DNA of 43,480 bases, from assembly GCA_964400885.1 (NCBI GenBank), contig CAYNWH010000001.1, forward strand, positions 2,768 to 46,247, written 5' to 3'. Both the position numbers and the translations under genes were made by a program. The notes under the pieces were generated by a model that saw only the letters and a list, made by a program, of their open reading frames with translations, searched no databases and had not been told where the DNA came from. Positions 24,841-35,890 of the stretch are shown in pieces; positions within the stretch are counted from its first letter, which is position 1, and every line of letters starts with the position of its first letter. Source of the stretch: an uncultured Gammaproteobacteria bacterium. Lineage in GTDB: Bacteria > Patescibacteriota > Patescibacteriia > CAIXNZ01.

Positions 24841-27696
24841 TTATTTCAATAATTTTTTCAAAAATTGTCCAGTATAACTTGATTTAACTTTCACAATATC
24901 TTTGGGTGTCCCTTGGGCTACAATTTTGCCGCCTTTTTCACCGCCTTCTGGTCCCATATCAATCACCCAGTCAGCCTGTTTAATCACATCTAGATTATGT
25001 TCAATAATTAAAACCGTATTGCCTTTATCAACTAATTTATGCAAAACGCCTAATAAGCGGTTAATATCATCAAAATGCAAACCAGTTGTTGGCTCATCAA
25101 GAATATATAAAGTCTTGCCAGTCGCCCGGCGTGAAAGTTCAGTAGCCAATTTTACTCTTTGCGCTTCACCTCCAGATAAAGTAGTAGCTGGCTGGCCTAA
25201 TTTAATATAGCCTAAACCTACGTCATATAAAGTTGCTAATTTCTCATGAATAATCGGCACATCAACAAAAAATCTTTTTGCCTCTTCTACTGGCATGTCC
25301 AAAATATTAGCAATATTTTTGTCTTTATAATGGATTTCTAAAGCTTCTTTAACATAACGCGTGCCGTGGCACTCTTCGCACTCCACATAAACATCGGGCA
25401 AAAACTGCATTTCAATTTTAACTAAACCTTCGCCAGCGCAAGTCTCGCAACGGCCGCCGACTACATTAAAACTAAATTTACCAGCATCAAATCCGCGCAT
25501 TTTAGCCTCGGGAATTTGCGTAAACAAATCGCGTATATAGGTGAAAACGCCTGTATAGGTTGCGGGATTAGAACGCGGCGTGCGACCAATTGGCGACTGG
25601 TCAACTGTAATTACTTTATCAAGATTGCTAATGCCGACAATTTCTTTGTGAGCCGCTGGCTGTTCTTTTGCCCGATAAAAATGCTTGGCTAAAGCGCGAG
25701 AAAGGATATCAGTCACCAAAGTTGATTTGCCAGAGCCAGACACGCCAGAAACTGCAATAAATTTGCCTAAGGGAAATTTAACATCAATATCTTTCAAGTT
25801 ATTAGCAGTCGCCCCTTTTACTACTAAAAATTTATTATTACCTCTACGATAATTTTCCCGCGTCTCAATTTTATATTTGCCAGAAAGATACAAACCAGTT
25901 AAAGATTCTTTATTTTTTTTAATTTTTTCAATTGGGCCAATATCAACAATTTTGCCGCCATATTCACCAGCACCCGGACCCATATCAATCACCACATCAG
26001 CTGCTTCCATAATTGCCTGATCATGCTCAACCACAATCACTGTATTGCCCATATCTCTTAATTTCTTCAAGGTTTCAATTAAGCGATGATTGTCTCGCTG
26101 ATGCAAGCCAATTGAAGGTTCATCTAAAACATAAATAATTTCTGTTAAGGAAGAGGATATCTGTTTTGCCAAACGGATGCGTTGCGCTTCACCGCCAGCC
26201 AAGGTCGTAGCACTGCGATCTAAAGTTAAATAATCAAGAGAAACAGCAATCAAATATTCCAAGCGACGTTTAACTTCGCGGATTAATTGTTCAGCTATTT
26301 TATATTCCTTTTCTGTCAAGCCTAATTTTTTGCCATTTTTAGCATCTTTTTCTATAGCAGCAAAAAAATCAAAAATTGCTTGCAGATTCAAGTTAACCAA
26401 ATCCGCAATATTTTTATCTAAAATAGTCACAGCCAAACTTTCCGGCTTTAATCTTTTGCCCTGGCAAGTCGGGCAAACAATTTCTTGCATATAATCTTCA
26501 ATTTCTTTTTGCACATAATCAGAATCCGTTTCTCTGTATTTCTTTTCCAAAAAAGGAATAATGCCTTCAAACTGATATTTTTTGCCGCCAATTTCATATT
26601 CTTCTTCGCCTGTGCCATATAAAATCAAATTCAAATCCTCCTTTTTCATCTTATTAACTGCTTTATTCAATGGCACTTTATGCACTTTGGCTACAATTGT
26701 AATAATTTTATGCTGCAAGGGCTGATTAGAAGTTAAACGAGTCCAAACCTTAATCGCTCCCTGTTCAATAGTTAAACGCGGATTAAAAACTACTAATTCG
26801 GGATCAATTTCCAAACGCACTCCCAAGCCCATACATTTAGGGCAAGCCCCGACTGGTGAATTAAAAGAAAAACTGCGCAACTCAATCTCGGGTAAATTTA
26901 CATCACATTTAGGGCAATGCAAATGTTGAGAATAAGTATATTCTTGCTGATTATCTTTGCGTAAAATTTTAACCATGCCATTGGCCAAATCCAAGGATTG
27001 TTTTATTGCTAAATATAACGGACTTTGCGCTAATTTTTCCGGCCTGACTCGCTCCACAAAAACATGATCAATCACTACATCCAAATCATGCTCTTTCTCT
27101 TCATTAATAAGCAAATCTTCTAATTCTTTAATGCTGTAAATTTTTTTGTCTAACCTCAGTTGATAAAAATTAGCTTTTTTCATTTTTTTAATCAAATGAT
27201 CTAGCTTGCCTTTTTTACCAATCACAATCGGAGACAAAATAGTCACTCTCGTTTGCTTCGGCATTTCTAAAATTTTTTCAATAATCTGCTCTATGCCTAA
27301 TTTTTTTATTTCCTGGCCGCAAACCGGACAATGGACATGACCAATTCTGGCAAATAAAAGACGAAGATAATCATAAATCTCCGTAATTGTACCTACTGTT
27401 GAGCGGGGATTATTTGAAGTTGATTTTTGATCAATGGCAATCACGGGCGAAAGTCCTTCAATTTGATCGACATCAGGTTTATCCATTACGCCAATAAACT
27501 GCCGGGCATAAGATGATAAACTTTCAACATACTGCCTCTGCCCTTCAGCAAAAATAGTATCAAAAGCCAAAGAAGATTTACCGCAACCAGAAAGACCCGT
27601 AATAACTACAAATTTATTTTTTGGAATTTCAACATTAATGTTTTTTAAATTATGAACTCTAGCGCCTTTGATAATGATTTTGTCTCTTTTAATCAT
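24841..27696 (-). CDS. uvrA: Excinuclease ABC subunit A
   Basis: GARVHNLKN, two Walker A motifs ([18 protein letters not shown]), zinc fingers, [12 protein letters not shown]. Confidence 0.98.
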   Translation of the reverse strand: MIKRDKIIIKGARVHNLKNINVEIPKNKFVVITGLSGCGKSSLAFDTIFAEGQRQYVESLSSYARQFIGVMDKPDVDQIEGLSPVIAIDQKSTSNNPRSTVGTITEIYDYLRLLFARIGHVHCPVCGQEIKKLGIEQIIEKILEMPKQTRVTILSPIVIGKKGKLDHLIKKMKKANFYQLRLDKKIYSIKELEDLLINEEKEHDLDVVIDHVFVERVRPEKLAQSPLYLAIKQSLDLANGMVKILRKDNQQEYTYSQHLHCPKCDVNLPEIELRSFSFNSPVGACPKCMGLGVRLEIDPELVVFNPRLTIEQGAIKVWTRLTSNQPLQHKIITIVAKVHKVPLNKAVNKMKKEDLNLILYGTGEEEYEIGGKKYQFEGIIPFLEKKYRETDSDYVQKEIEDYMQEIVCPTCQGKRLKPESLAVTILDKNIADLVNLNLQAIFDFFAAIEKDAKNGKKLGLTEKEYKIAEQLIREVKRRLEYLIAVSLDYLTLDRSATTLAGGEAQRIRLAKQISSSLTEIIYVLDEPSIGLHQRDNHRLIETLKKLRDMGNTVIVVEHDQAIMEAADVVIDMGPGAGEYGGKIVDIGPIEKIKKNKESLTGLYLSGKYKIETRENYRRGNNKFLVVKGATANNLKDIDVKFPLGKFIAVSGVSGSGKSTLVTDILSRALAKHFYRAKEQPAAHKEIVGISNLDKVITVDQSPIGRTPRSNPATYTGVFTYIRDLFTQIPEAKMRGFDAGKFSFNVVGGRCETCAGEGLVKIEMQFLPDVYVECEECHGTRYVKEALEIHYKDKNIANILDMPVEEAKRFFVDVPIIHEKLATLYDVGLGYIKLGQPATTLSGGEAQRVKLATELSRRATGKTLYILDEPTTGLHFDDINRLLGVLHKLVDKGNTVLIIEHNLDVIKQADWVIDMGPEGGEKGGKIVAQGTPKDIVKVKSSYTGQFLKKLLK

Positions 27697-27705
27697 AATG
27701 GAATA

Positions 27706-27778
27706 GTTAGAGTTTTAGAATTTTAGATTATAGAATTTTGGTACTAAAACGCTATAATGCCGAAACTCTAAAATGCTT
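27706..27778. repeat. Inverted array of octamer repeats (TTTTAGAA-like)
   Basis: gttagagttttagaattttagattatagaattttg gtac taaaacgctataatgccgaaactctaaaatgc; similar to 28810-28870. Confidence 0.7.
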
Positions 27779-27908
27779 AAATTAAAAAGCATGAATTAGT
27801 AACATTGTAGCACTGCCAGATAATCAGGTCAAGGGGGAAAGCCTAAATAGCGCATTAAATAAAAAAATGAAGCGAATTTAACTCCGCCTCATTTGTATTA
27901 ATCAATGA

Positions 27909-28805
27909 TTATTTTAAATTATATTTAGCAATATTATGATTGCAAATATCCTGCAAAACTTTTATTTCTTCTTTACCTTTTGGATCTTGAAACAAATGTT
28001 TAAACCTTACATGATGCTCTAAATATTCCTGAACCGGCGGCGTTTCTTGCGGCACTTTCATGGCATTTACTAATTCACCATTAACATATTCTAAAACTGG
28101 AAAAAATCCTGTCTTTTGCGCCAGCTTGCCTAAATCAATTGCCATATTATCATTAACGCCCCAGCCTGGAATGCAAGGTGTTAAAATATGAATAAATTTA
28201 GGACCTTCAAATTCCAATGCTTTTTTAACCTTACGTTTAATATCTTCGATATGCCCGCTAGTTGTTGTGGCCACATAAGGTAAACGATGAGCCAAAGCAA
28301 TGGCTGCCATATTTTTTTTAAAATAAATATTGCCCATAGATTTTTTGCCTGGCCAGGAAGTACGGGTAAAAGCATCATGCGGCGTAGCGCCTGACGCCTG
28401 ATAGCCAGTATTGGAATAAACTTCCGTATCATAGCAAACATATAAAATATTATCCTGCCGTTCCCACATGCCGGAAATCAAACCAAAGCCAATATCAAAA
28501 GTTGAGCCATCGCCTCCCTGCGCCAAAACATGAACTTTTTTATCTAACCCTTTAGTTTTTAGGGCCGATAAAATACCAGTGGCCACAGCTGAAGGATTTT
28601 CAAAAACAGAGTGAATCCAGGGCACTTTCCAAGAAGTAGTCGGATGCTTGGATGTTGTTACTTCCAAACAACCAGTAGCATTGGCAATAATGGTATTTTT
28701 GCCGCAGGCATCAATCACATGGCGAGCTGCAATAAGCTGCCCGCAGCCAGGACAAGCCGTATGGCCGGGATTAATCAGATGTTCAAATGGATTTTTATAT
28801 TTCAT
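27909..28805 (-). CDS. porB: Pyruvate/2-oxoacid:ferredoxin oxidoreductase beta subunit
   Basis: GHTACPGCG, ATGCLEV, GGDGSTFDIG TPP motif, YSNTGYQ, PCIPGW. Confidence 0.93.
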   Translation of the reverse strand: MKYKNPFEHLINPGHTACPGCGQLIAARHVIDACGKNTIIANATGCLEVTTSKHPTTSWKVPWIHSVFENPSAVATGILSALKTKGLDKKVHVLAQGGDGSTFDIGFGLISGMWERQDNILYVCYDTEVYSNTGYQASGATPHDAFTRTSWPGKKSMGNIYFKKNMAAIALAHRLPYVATTTSGHIEDIKRKVKKALEFEGPKFIHILTPCIPGWGVNDNMAIDLGKLAQKTGFFPVLEYVNGELVNAMKVPQETPPVQEYLEHHVRFKHLFQDPKGKEEIKVLQDICNHNIAKYNLK

Positions 28806-28809
28806 AAAC

Positions 28810-28870
28810 TAGATTATAGATTTTAGAATTTTAGTACTAAAACTCTAAAATGCTGAAACACTAAAATTCT
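28810..28870. repeat. Inverted array of octamer repeats between porA and porB
   Basis: tagattatagattttagaattttagtactaaaactctaaaatgctgaaacactaaaattct. Confidence 0.7.
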
Positions 28871-28875
28871 TAATT

Positions 28876-30039
28876 TTATTGGCCAACAAAATGTAAGCCG
28901 TTTTTTTTATCTTTAACCTCTTTAATAATTTTTTCAATCATCTTTTTAGTTACGTCGCGTCCGCCTAACCCAACTATAAAACTTTTAATCGGCACTTTAA
29001 TCTTGCCATAACAAGCGCGCTTAATGTCTGAAGCTAAAATTCCTTCAGTTCCCATAGAAATTGACTTATCAATTACTCCAATATATTTCGCCTTAGCTAA
29101 AGATTTAATTATTTCTTCATCAGGAAACGGCCGAAAAGAAATCACTTTCAAAAGCCCGGCTTTTATTTTTTTGGCTCTCAATTCGTCAATTACATCTTTA
29201 ATTGTGCCGCAAACAGAACCCATGGCCACTAAAATAATATCAGCATCTTTAATTTTATATTCTTCAATCAATCCATTATCACCCAAACTGCGGCCAAAAA
29301 CTTTTTTAAATTCTAAATTTAATTTCTTAATTTGGCTTAAAGCAGCTGCCGCATCATCAAATAATTCCTGCCTTATTTCCATGTAACGATCGGGAGCGGC
29401 AAAAGTGCCTAAAGATCGAGGATTATTAACATCTAAAATAATATCTTTAGGCGGAACATAATTAGGTAAATATTTTTTAATTAAAGTTTCTGCCGGAATT
29501 TCTACTGGTTCATAAGTATGGGTCATAACAAAACCATCCATATTAATCATAACCGGCAGCAGAATACTTTCTGCTAATTTATAAGCTAAAATATGCAAAT
29601 CAACTACTTCCTGATTTGTTTCGCCGTAAAGCTGGAGCAGGCCAGAATCCCTGACAGTAACTGAATCCTGCTGGTCATTCCAAATATTGATTGGCGAAGA
29701 GACTGCCCTGTTTGCGCAAGTAATCACTACTGGCAAGCGCAGACCGGCAATATTAAATAAAACTTCAGTCATTAATAAAAGGCCTTGAGAACAAGTCGCG
29801 CAATAAGTACGCACGCCAGTAGCACTGGCACCCAAAACAATTGAAGCAGCGGCAAATTCTGATTCAGCTCTAATATACTCAAAATCAGCCTCGCCTTCAG
29901 CTTTTATTCTTTCCAGATCTTCCACAATATGAGTCTGTGGCGTAATCGGATAAGCTGAAATGACAGCTGGCTTAATTTGCTTGATCACTTCAGCCACTGC
30001 ATGCGAACCCTCTAAAATTTGCTTATTATTTTTTTTCAT
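28876..30039 (-). CDS. porA: Pyruvate/2-oxoacid:ferredoxin oxidoreductase alpha subunit
   Basis: AYPITPQT, ESEFAAAS, NIWNDQQD, FRPFP, GLGGRD; start reassigned to ATG 30039. Confidence 0.93.
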   Translation of the reverse strand: MKKNNKQILEGSHAVAEVIKQIKPAVISAYPITPQTHIVEDLERIKAEGEADFEYIRAESEFAAASIVLGASATGVRTYCATCSQGLLLMTEVLFNIAGLRLPVVITCANRAVSSPINIWNDQQDSVTVRDSGLLQLYGETNQEVVDLHILAYKLAESILLPVMINMDGFVMTHTYEPVEIPAETLIKKYLPNYVPPKDIILDVNNPRSLGTFAAPDRYMEIRQELFDDAAAALSQIKKLNLEFKKVFGRSLGDNGLIEEYKIKDADIILVAMGSVCGTIKDVIDELRAKKIKAGLLKVISFRPFPDEEIIKSLAKAKYIGVIDKSISMGTEGILASDIKRACYGKIKVPIKSFIVGLGGRDVTKKMIEKIIKEVKDKKNGLHFVGQ

Positions 30040-30082
30040 ATCACTAGTAACCAATGACTAATAACCAATTGCTTAAAATTTA

Positions 30083-30364
30083 TTATTTATAATCTTCCAC
30101 TAATCTAATTGCTTTTACCGGACAATGCTTAACGCAAAGCCCGCAGCCTTTGCAATAATCTAAATCGCGATCATAATAAACTCGGCCTTTGCTATTTTTT
30201 AAACCCGTGGAAAAACAAACGCCTTCAGGACAAACCTTATTGCACATATCACAGCCAATACAGATTTCATGATCAACTACTGGCTTATATGTGCGCCAGC
30301 CGCCAGTTAAATTTTCTGCAGTCGTACCTGGTTTGGCTGTTAAAATATTTTTTAACTTTTTCAT
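30083..30364 (-). CDS. porD: Pyruvate/2-oxoacid:ferredoxin oxidoreductase delta subunit (2x[4Fe-4S])
   Basis: TGGWRTYKPV, CIGCDMCNKVCP, YCKGCGLCVKHCP. Confidence 0.93.
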   Translation of the reverse strand: MKKLKNILTAKPGTTAENLTGGWRTYKPVVDHEICIGCDMCNKVCPEGVCFSTGLKNSKGRVYYDRDLDYCKGCGLCVKHCPVKAIRLVEDYK

Positions 30365-30366
30365 AA

Positions 30367-30918
30367 TTATTTTTTAGTTGCCTTATAAGCGGCTTCAAAA
30401 GCTAAATAATTCTTATCAATTATTTCTTTGCCATATTTTTCTTCTAATTTTTTCTGAATAGCTTTAATCGCTGATTTCAGTTTAATCAAACCGCTAATTT
30501 TTACAAAAGCTCCCAGCATGGCTGTATTAATAATTGGTTTGCCAATTGTTTTCAAAGCAATATCCAAAGCCGGCACGCAATAAGCTTTGCCAGTATAATT
30601 AGGACAAGCCTTAGCTGGCAGTTTGCTAGAATTTATTAAAACAACTGTATTTCTTTTAGCGCCTGCTAAAGGTTCAGCCGCTTTAAGCAAACCAGGATCT
30701 TGGATAATTATAAAATCAGGCCCATAAATTTGTTCCCGGCTGCGAATAAATTTATTATCAATTTTAACAAAAGCCACAACTGGCGCTCCTTTTCTTTCCA
30801 CGCCAAACATAGGAAAAGTTTGAGAAGACTTGCCATCATAAAAAGCTGACATGGCAATCAATTCTGCCAAAGTAACATTGCCTTGTCCTCCCCGGCCATG
30901 GACTCTGAGTTCTATCAT
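30367..30918 (-). CDS. porC: Pyruvate/2-oxoacid:ferredoxin oxidoreductase gamma subunit
   Basis: ELRVHGRGGQG, FGVERKGAPV, NTAMLGAF. Confidence 0.93.
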   Translation of the reverse strand: MIELRVHGRGGQGNVTLAELIAMSAFYDGKSSQTFPMFGVERKGAPVVAFVKIDNKFIRSREQIYGPDFIIIQDPGLLKAAEPLAGAKRNTVVLINSSKLPAKACPNYTGKAYCVPALDIALKTIGKPIINTAMLGAFVKISGLIKLKSAIKAIQKKLEEKYGKEIIDKNYLAFEAAYKATKK

Positions 30919-30929
30919 AAAATAATAAT

Positions 30930-31655
30930 TTATTGAAGGCTTAAGCTCTTATCAATAATTAATTTAAAAGTATCATAAGGAATAACGCCAGGCACTTTTA
31001 TGCCATTAATATAAAAAGTAGGTGTCCCATTCACTCCTAATTTTAAGCCAGCCTGCATATCATCCTGTATTTCTGTAATATATTTTTTATTATCTAAACA
31101 GTCATTAAACTGACTTAAGTTCAAGCCGATTTGAGCCGCTAATAATTTCAAATTTTCCAAGGAAAGATTATTTTGGTTATCAAAAATTTTATCCTGATAA
31201 GGCCAATACTGATTTTGCTCATAAGCACAATCTGCTGCTAGAGCTGCATTTATAGAATCCGGATGGGCAGCTATATTGGGAAAATCACGATAAATAAATT
31301 TTATCTGATTCTGATATTCTTCCTGCAATCTTTTTATAATAGGATAAGACTGCAAGCAGTAAGGACACTGAAAATCTCCAAATTCCACGATGACCAATTT
31401 AGCATCTTCAATGCCCCAATCGGGATCGTCCTGGCTTTCAATTAAATCTCTAGTATTAACTTTGGGATCTAAACTTTGAGCGAAATTAAGCTGCTGCAAG
31501 CTAGATTCCTTCTGGAGCTCGATCATAACAACTATTTGATAAATAAAGATAGCCAAATAAATCAATAGAATAACGATAATCAGCAAAAAAATAATGCCCC
31601 ACCAGTGCTGGGACCATCTTTTTTTCTCCTTTGTTATATTTTTTGGCTTTGCCAT
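30930..31655 (-). CDS. Membrane-anchored DsbA-family thiol-disulfide oxidoreductase
   Basis: TM helix, EFGDFQCPYC, YRDFP, GVNGTPTFYING. Confidence 0.92.
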   Translation of the reverse strand: MAKPKNITKEKKRWSQHWWGIIFLLIIVILLIYLAIFIYQIVVMIELQKESSLQQLNFAQSLDPKVNTRDLIESQDDPDWGIEDAKLVIVEFGDFQCPYCLQSYPIIKRLQEEYQNQIKFIYRDFPNIAAHPDSINAALAADCAYEQNQYWPYQDKIFDNQNNLSLENLKLLAAQIGLNLSQFNDCLDNKKYITEIQDDMQAGLKLGVNGTPTFYINGIKVPGVIPYDTFKLIIDKSLSLQ

Positions 31656-31804
31656 TGTAATTTTCAAGATTAAAGTTTATAATTTTATTATAGCATATTA
31701 ATAGAAATTATCAGATATAAAATCTCTTTTAAAAGCTTAATATAGTTGACAATTTGCCATAGATCTGATAACCTATATAAATAAATCTTGATTTGTTTCA
31801 ATTT

Positions 31805-32014
31805 ATGATATTGAATATTATCCAAATTATAATCTCTATTATCTTAATTACTGTTATTTTATTACAAAATAGAGGCACTGGTCTAGGTGCTGCTTTTGGG
31901 GGTGAAGGCAATATTTACAGGACAAAAAGAGGACTGGAAAAAGCGCTCCATATTGCAACCATTATTTTATCAGTTATTTTTTTCATTACAGCCTTTTTAA
32001 ACATTCTCTATTAA
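31805..32014 (+). CDS. secG: Preprotein translocase subunit SecG
   Basis: ILLQNRGTGLGAAFGG, RTKRGLEK, two TM helices. Confidence 0.93.
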   Translation: MILNIIQIIISIILITVILLQNRGTGLGAAFGGEGNIYRTKRGLEKALHIATIILSVIFFITAFLNILY

Positions 32015-32045
32015 ACATTTACTCATTCAGATAATTTTTTAAATC

Positions 32046-33881
32046 GTGGCTTCTAAAATTAAATTTCTCTCCACTTTGAGTCAAAACTTAAAAGCTTTTA
32101 TTGTTTTTCAATTTGTCAAAATAAAAAAGGTATTAAAAGTTGAAGAACAGAAAAAATTTGATAAAAAAATTATTAGTTCACTCAGCAAAAAAAAATTGCC
32201 CCAATGGCGGCAATTTAAACAGCTGCCCAAAATTTTAACTAAAAATGAGTTTTTAATAATCAAAATTTCAGCAGCTATAATCTTAATTATTGCCATTTCC
32301 TTGTTTTATATTGATTATTATCAAAAATTAACCACACTGCCCAAAGCAGGCGGCGAATTTTCTGAAGCCTTAATCGGCTCGCCCTTATATATTAATCCTA
32401 TTTTAGCTCAAAGCCATATTGATGCTGATCAAGATCTTTCAACTTTGATTTTTTCGGGCCTTTTGAAATATGATAAAAATTTAGAACTTGTTCCAGACTT
32501 AGCTGAAAAATATGAAATTTCCGAAGACCAAAAAACTTATACTTTTTATTTAAAAGACAATGCTAAATGGCATGATGGGCAAAAATTAACAGCTAGTGAT
32601 GTTGTTTTTACTATTTTAAGCATTCAAAATCCAGATTTTAAAAGTCCGCTTTTTAGAAGCTTTGAAGGCGTAAAAGTTGAAAAAGTCGATGATTATACTG
32701 TTAAATTTACTTTATCTGAACCTTATGCCGCCTTTTTAAATGTTTTAACCGTTGGCATTCTTCCCCAGCATCTCTGGTATGACATTCCACCGCTCAGCGC
32801 CAAATTAGCGGTCTATAACCAAAAACCCATTGGCAGCGGACCTTATAAATTCAAATCCTTAATTAAAGAAAAAAGCGGTGTTATCAAGGCTTATACCCTG
32901 GAAAAAAATAAAAATTATTATGCCCAAGAACCTTATATTGATAAAATTGTTTTTAAATTTTATCCAGATTATGATACAGCCATTAATGCTCTTAATAATA
33001 AGGAAGTCCAAAATTTAAGTTATTTGCCTAAAGAATATTTGGAAAAAAATAAAAATAAAAGGGAAATAAATTTATATAATATAAATTTATCTCAGTATAC
33101 CGCGATTTTCTTCAATCAAAAAAACAATGAATTTCTAAAAGATAAGGATATTCGAGAAGCTTTAAGTTATGCAATTGATAAAAACAAAATCATTGAAGAT
33201 GTGCTGCAAAATCAAGGCCAAATTATTGACGGCCCCATTTTGCCGGGTTTTTTAGGTTACAATACGGACATAAAAAAATATGAGTATAATCCTGAAAAAG
33301 CCGTTGAATTGCTAGCTAATAACGGCTGGGCGTTAACAGATGAAATTTTTCATAAGAAAGATCAGGAACTAAAAATAACGCTGACTACTGTTGATCAGGC
33401 AGTCAATGTAAAAACAGCTAATTTAATCAAAGAATTTTGGAATAATATTGGCGTTAATGTCGAATTGCAAATAGTTTCCAAAGATGATATTGAGAATCAG
33501 GTCATTAATCCCCGCAATTACCAAGCATTACTTTATGGTGAAATAATTGGCTATGACCCTGATCTCTTTCCCTTCTGGCATTCTTCTCAGCGAGATTACC
33601 CAGGCGTTAATTTAGCCAATTATGTCAATCGTAAAGCTGATCAGCTTTTAGAAGAAGCCCGTTTGACGAATGATCCCAAGATCAGAGACGGAAAATACCG
33701 TGAATTTCAAGATTTAATGATTGATGATCTCCCGGCTATTTTCCTCTTTAATCCTACTTATACTTATCCTGTGACAACAAAAATAAAAGGCATTGAGCTC
33801 AAAAGAATAGCTCAGCCTTTTGACCGTTTTATTGATATTGAAAATTGGTACATCAAAACTAAGAAAAAATTTTTACAATAA
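32046..33881 (+). CDS. Peptide ABC transporter substrate-binding protein (family 5), TM-anchored
   Basis: LVPDLAE, KWHDGQKLTASDVVFT, PIGSGPYKF, DLPAIFL; follows secG. Confidence 0.92.
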   Translation: MASKIKFLSTLSQNLKAFIVFQFVKIKKVLKVEEQKKFDKKIISSLSKKKLPQWRQFKQLPKILTKNEFLIIKISAAIILIIAISLFYIDYYQKLTTLPKAGGEFSEALIGSPLYINPILAQSHIDADQDLSTLIFSGLLKYDKNLELVPDLAEKYEISEDQKTYTFYLKDNAKWHDGQKLTASDVVFTILSIQNPDFKSPLFRSFEGVKVEKVDDYTVKFTLSEPYAAFLNVLTVGILPQHLWYDIPPLSAKLAVYNQKPIGSGPYKFKSLIKEKSGVIKAYTLEKNKNYYAQEPYIDKIVFKFYPDYDTAINALNNKEVQNLSYLPKEYLEKNKNKREINLYNINLSQYTAIFFNQKNNEFLKDKDIREALSYAIDKNKIIEDVLQNQGQIIDGPILPGFLGYNTDIKKYEYNPEKAVELLANNGWALTDEIFHKKDQELKITLTTVDQAVNVKTANLIKEFWNNIGVNVELQIVSKDDIENQVINPRNYQALLYGEIIGYDPDLFPFWHSSQRDYPGVNLANYVNRKADQLLEEARLTNDPKIRDGKYREFQDLMIDDLPAIFLFNPTYTYPVTTKIKGIELKRIAQPFDRFIDIENWYIKTKKKFLQ

Positions 33882-33975
33882 AATTGGGCTCTTTTTTCTT
33901 AATGGACAATGTATAATTTACAATAAATAATTAATTATCCATTATCCATTATCCATTATTCATTAATTTAAAATT

Positions 33976-35694
33976 ATGGTTTATCAAAGAACTAGAAGCC
34001 TTAAAAAACAAGGCAAATTTTCACGTGAACAAAAATTAAGAATTATTGTTTTGGGCGGACTTGAAGAAGTCGGACGCAATATGACTTTGCTTGAATATGG
34101 CCGTGATATTATTATTATTGACATGGGTTTGCAATTTCCTGAAGAGGACATGCCTGGCATTGATTATATTATTCCCAATATTTCTTATTTAAAAGGTAAA
34201 GAAAAAAATATTAGGGGCGTAATAATAACTCACAGTCATTATGATCATATCGGAGGTATTCCTCATATCATGCCCAAAATAGGCAATCCTATCATTTATA
34301 CTGCCAAACTTTCAGCTGGCATTATTGAAAAAAGACAGGAAGAATACAGAAATTCTCCCAAGCTTAAATTTTATATTATTGATGAAAACAGCAAATTAAA
34401 ATTAGGAATTTTTAATATTGAATTCTTTCGCGTTAATCACAATGTGCCGGATAGTTTTGGCGTTGTGGTTCATACCCAGGTCGGCACAGTTGTACATACG
34501 GGTGATTTTAAAATAGATTACAGCCCGATCAATGACAAGCCGGCTGACTTAAATCGGATTGCCAAATTTGGTGCTCAAGGCGTTTTAGCTTTAATGGCTG
34601 ACAGCACTAATGCTGAGGAAGAGGGTTATCAAATTTCTGAAACTAGAGTCAGTGATGAATTGGAAAAAATTTTTGAAGATGCTAAAGGCAGAATAATTAT
34701 TGGCACTTTTGCTTCACTTTTAAATCGTGTCCAGCAAGTCATTACTATGGCGGAAAAATTTGACCGCAAAGTTATGATTGAAGGCCGTAGCATGAAAACT
34801 AATGTAGAAATAGCTCATCGGCTTGGTTATTTAAAAATAAAACCTGGCACCTTAGTTGAATCAGAGCATTATAATGAAAAAAAATTCCCGAATAATAAAA
34901 TAGTCATTATAGGTTCTGGCGCTCAAGGCGAACAAAATGCATTTTTGGTCAGATTTGCTGAAGGCGAACATAAATTTCTGCATGTCAAAGAAGGCGATAC
35001 GGTTATTTTCTCTTCTTCAGTTATTCCTGGTAATGAAAGAACGATTCAAAACCTTAAAGATACGTTTTATCGCAAAGGCGCTAAAGTTATTCATTATAAG
35101 CTTATGGATGTCCATGCTGGCGGCCATGCCAAAAAAGAAGATTTGAAACTTTTAATTAGGTTGCTACAGCCAAAATATTATATTCCTATTGAAGCTAATC
35201 ATTATATGTTGAAAATAAATGGTGAAATAGCTGAAAGCATTGGCATTCCTAAAAGTAATATTTTTATTGCTGACAACGGTCAAGTCATAGAATTTACTGC
35301 CAAAGGCGGCCATTTAACCAGAGAATATGTGCCTTCTGATTATGTTATGGTTGATGGTTTAGGCGTCGGTGATGTCTCTAATATTGTTTTACGCGATCGC
35401 CGCGTCATGTCTGCTGACGGTATGCTGGTTGTCATTGCCACTATTGAAAATAAAACAGGCCGGCTGATTGGCAATCCTGATATTATTTCCCGCGGTTTTG
35501 TTTATATGAAAGAAAATAAAAAGCTAATTGAAGCCACGCGCATGAAAGTCAAAAAACTCTGTGAAGATACAGATACTAAATCTCCGGCTTTTGATGATTT
35601 TCTAAAAAACAAAATTCGCGATCAAATCGGCCAGTTTTTATATCAGCAGACCAAAAGACGGCCCATGATTTTGCCCGTAGTTATTAAGGTTTAA
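33976..35694 (+). CDS. rnj: Ribonuclease J
   Basis: LGGLEEVGRNM, THSHYDHIGG, HTGDFK, HAGGHA, RRPMILPV. Confidence 0.97.
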   Translation: MVYQRTRSLKKQGKFSREQKLRIIVLGGLEEVGRNMTLLEYGRDIIIIDMGLQFPEEDMPGIDYIIPNISYLKGKEKNIRGVIITHSHYDHIGGIPHIMPKIGNPIIYTAKLSAGIIEKRQEEYRNSPKLKFYIIDENSKLKLGIFNIEFFRVNHNVPDSFGVVVHTQVGTVVHTGDFKIDYSPINDKPADLNRIAKFGAQGVLALMADSTNAEEEGYQISETRVSDELEKIFEDAKGRIIIGTFASLLNRVQQVITMAEKFDRKVMIEGRSMKTNVEIAHRLGYLKIKPGTLVESEHYNEKKFPNNKIVIIGSGAQGEQNAFLVRFAEGEHKFLHVKEGDTVIFSSSVIPGNERTIQNLKDTFYRKGAKVIHYKLMDVHAGGHAKKEDLKLLIRLLQPKYYIPIEANHYMLKINGEIAESIGIPKSNIFIADNGQVIEFTAKGGHLTREYVPSDYVMVDGLGVGDVSNIVLRDRRVMSADGMLVVIATIENKTGRLIGNPDIISRGFVYMKENKKLIEATRMKVKKLCEDTDTKSPAFDDFLKNKIRDQIGQFLYQQTKRRPMILPVVIKV

Positions 35695-35707
35695 AATTAA
35701 ATACAAT

Positions 35708-35740
35708 AAAAAAGTCTCGCTTAGCGAGATTTTTTTATTT
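35708..35740 (+). terminator. rnj terminator
   Basis: aaaaaagtctcgct-t-agcgagattttttt. Confidence 0.8.
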
Positions 35741-35890
35741 AAAAGTAAAAAAACTATTAAGTCCGATCACTAATGACTAATGACCAATAACCGATTACTA
35801 ATAGCTATTATATTGACAAATTTACAAATTGTGCTAAAATAATTTAATGTTCAAAAACTTGTCCTTCGACAACAAAAAGGAGGTTATATC

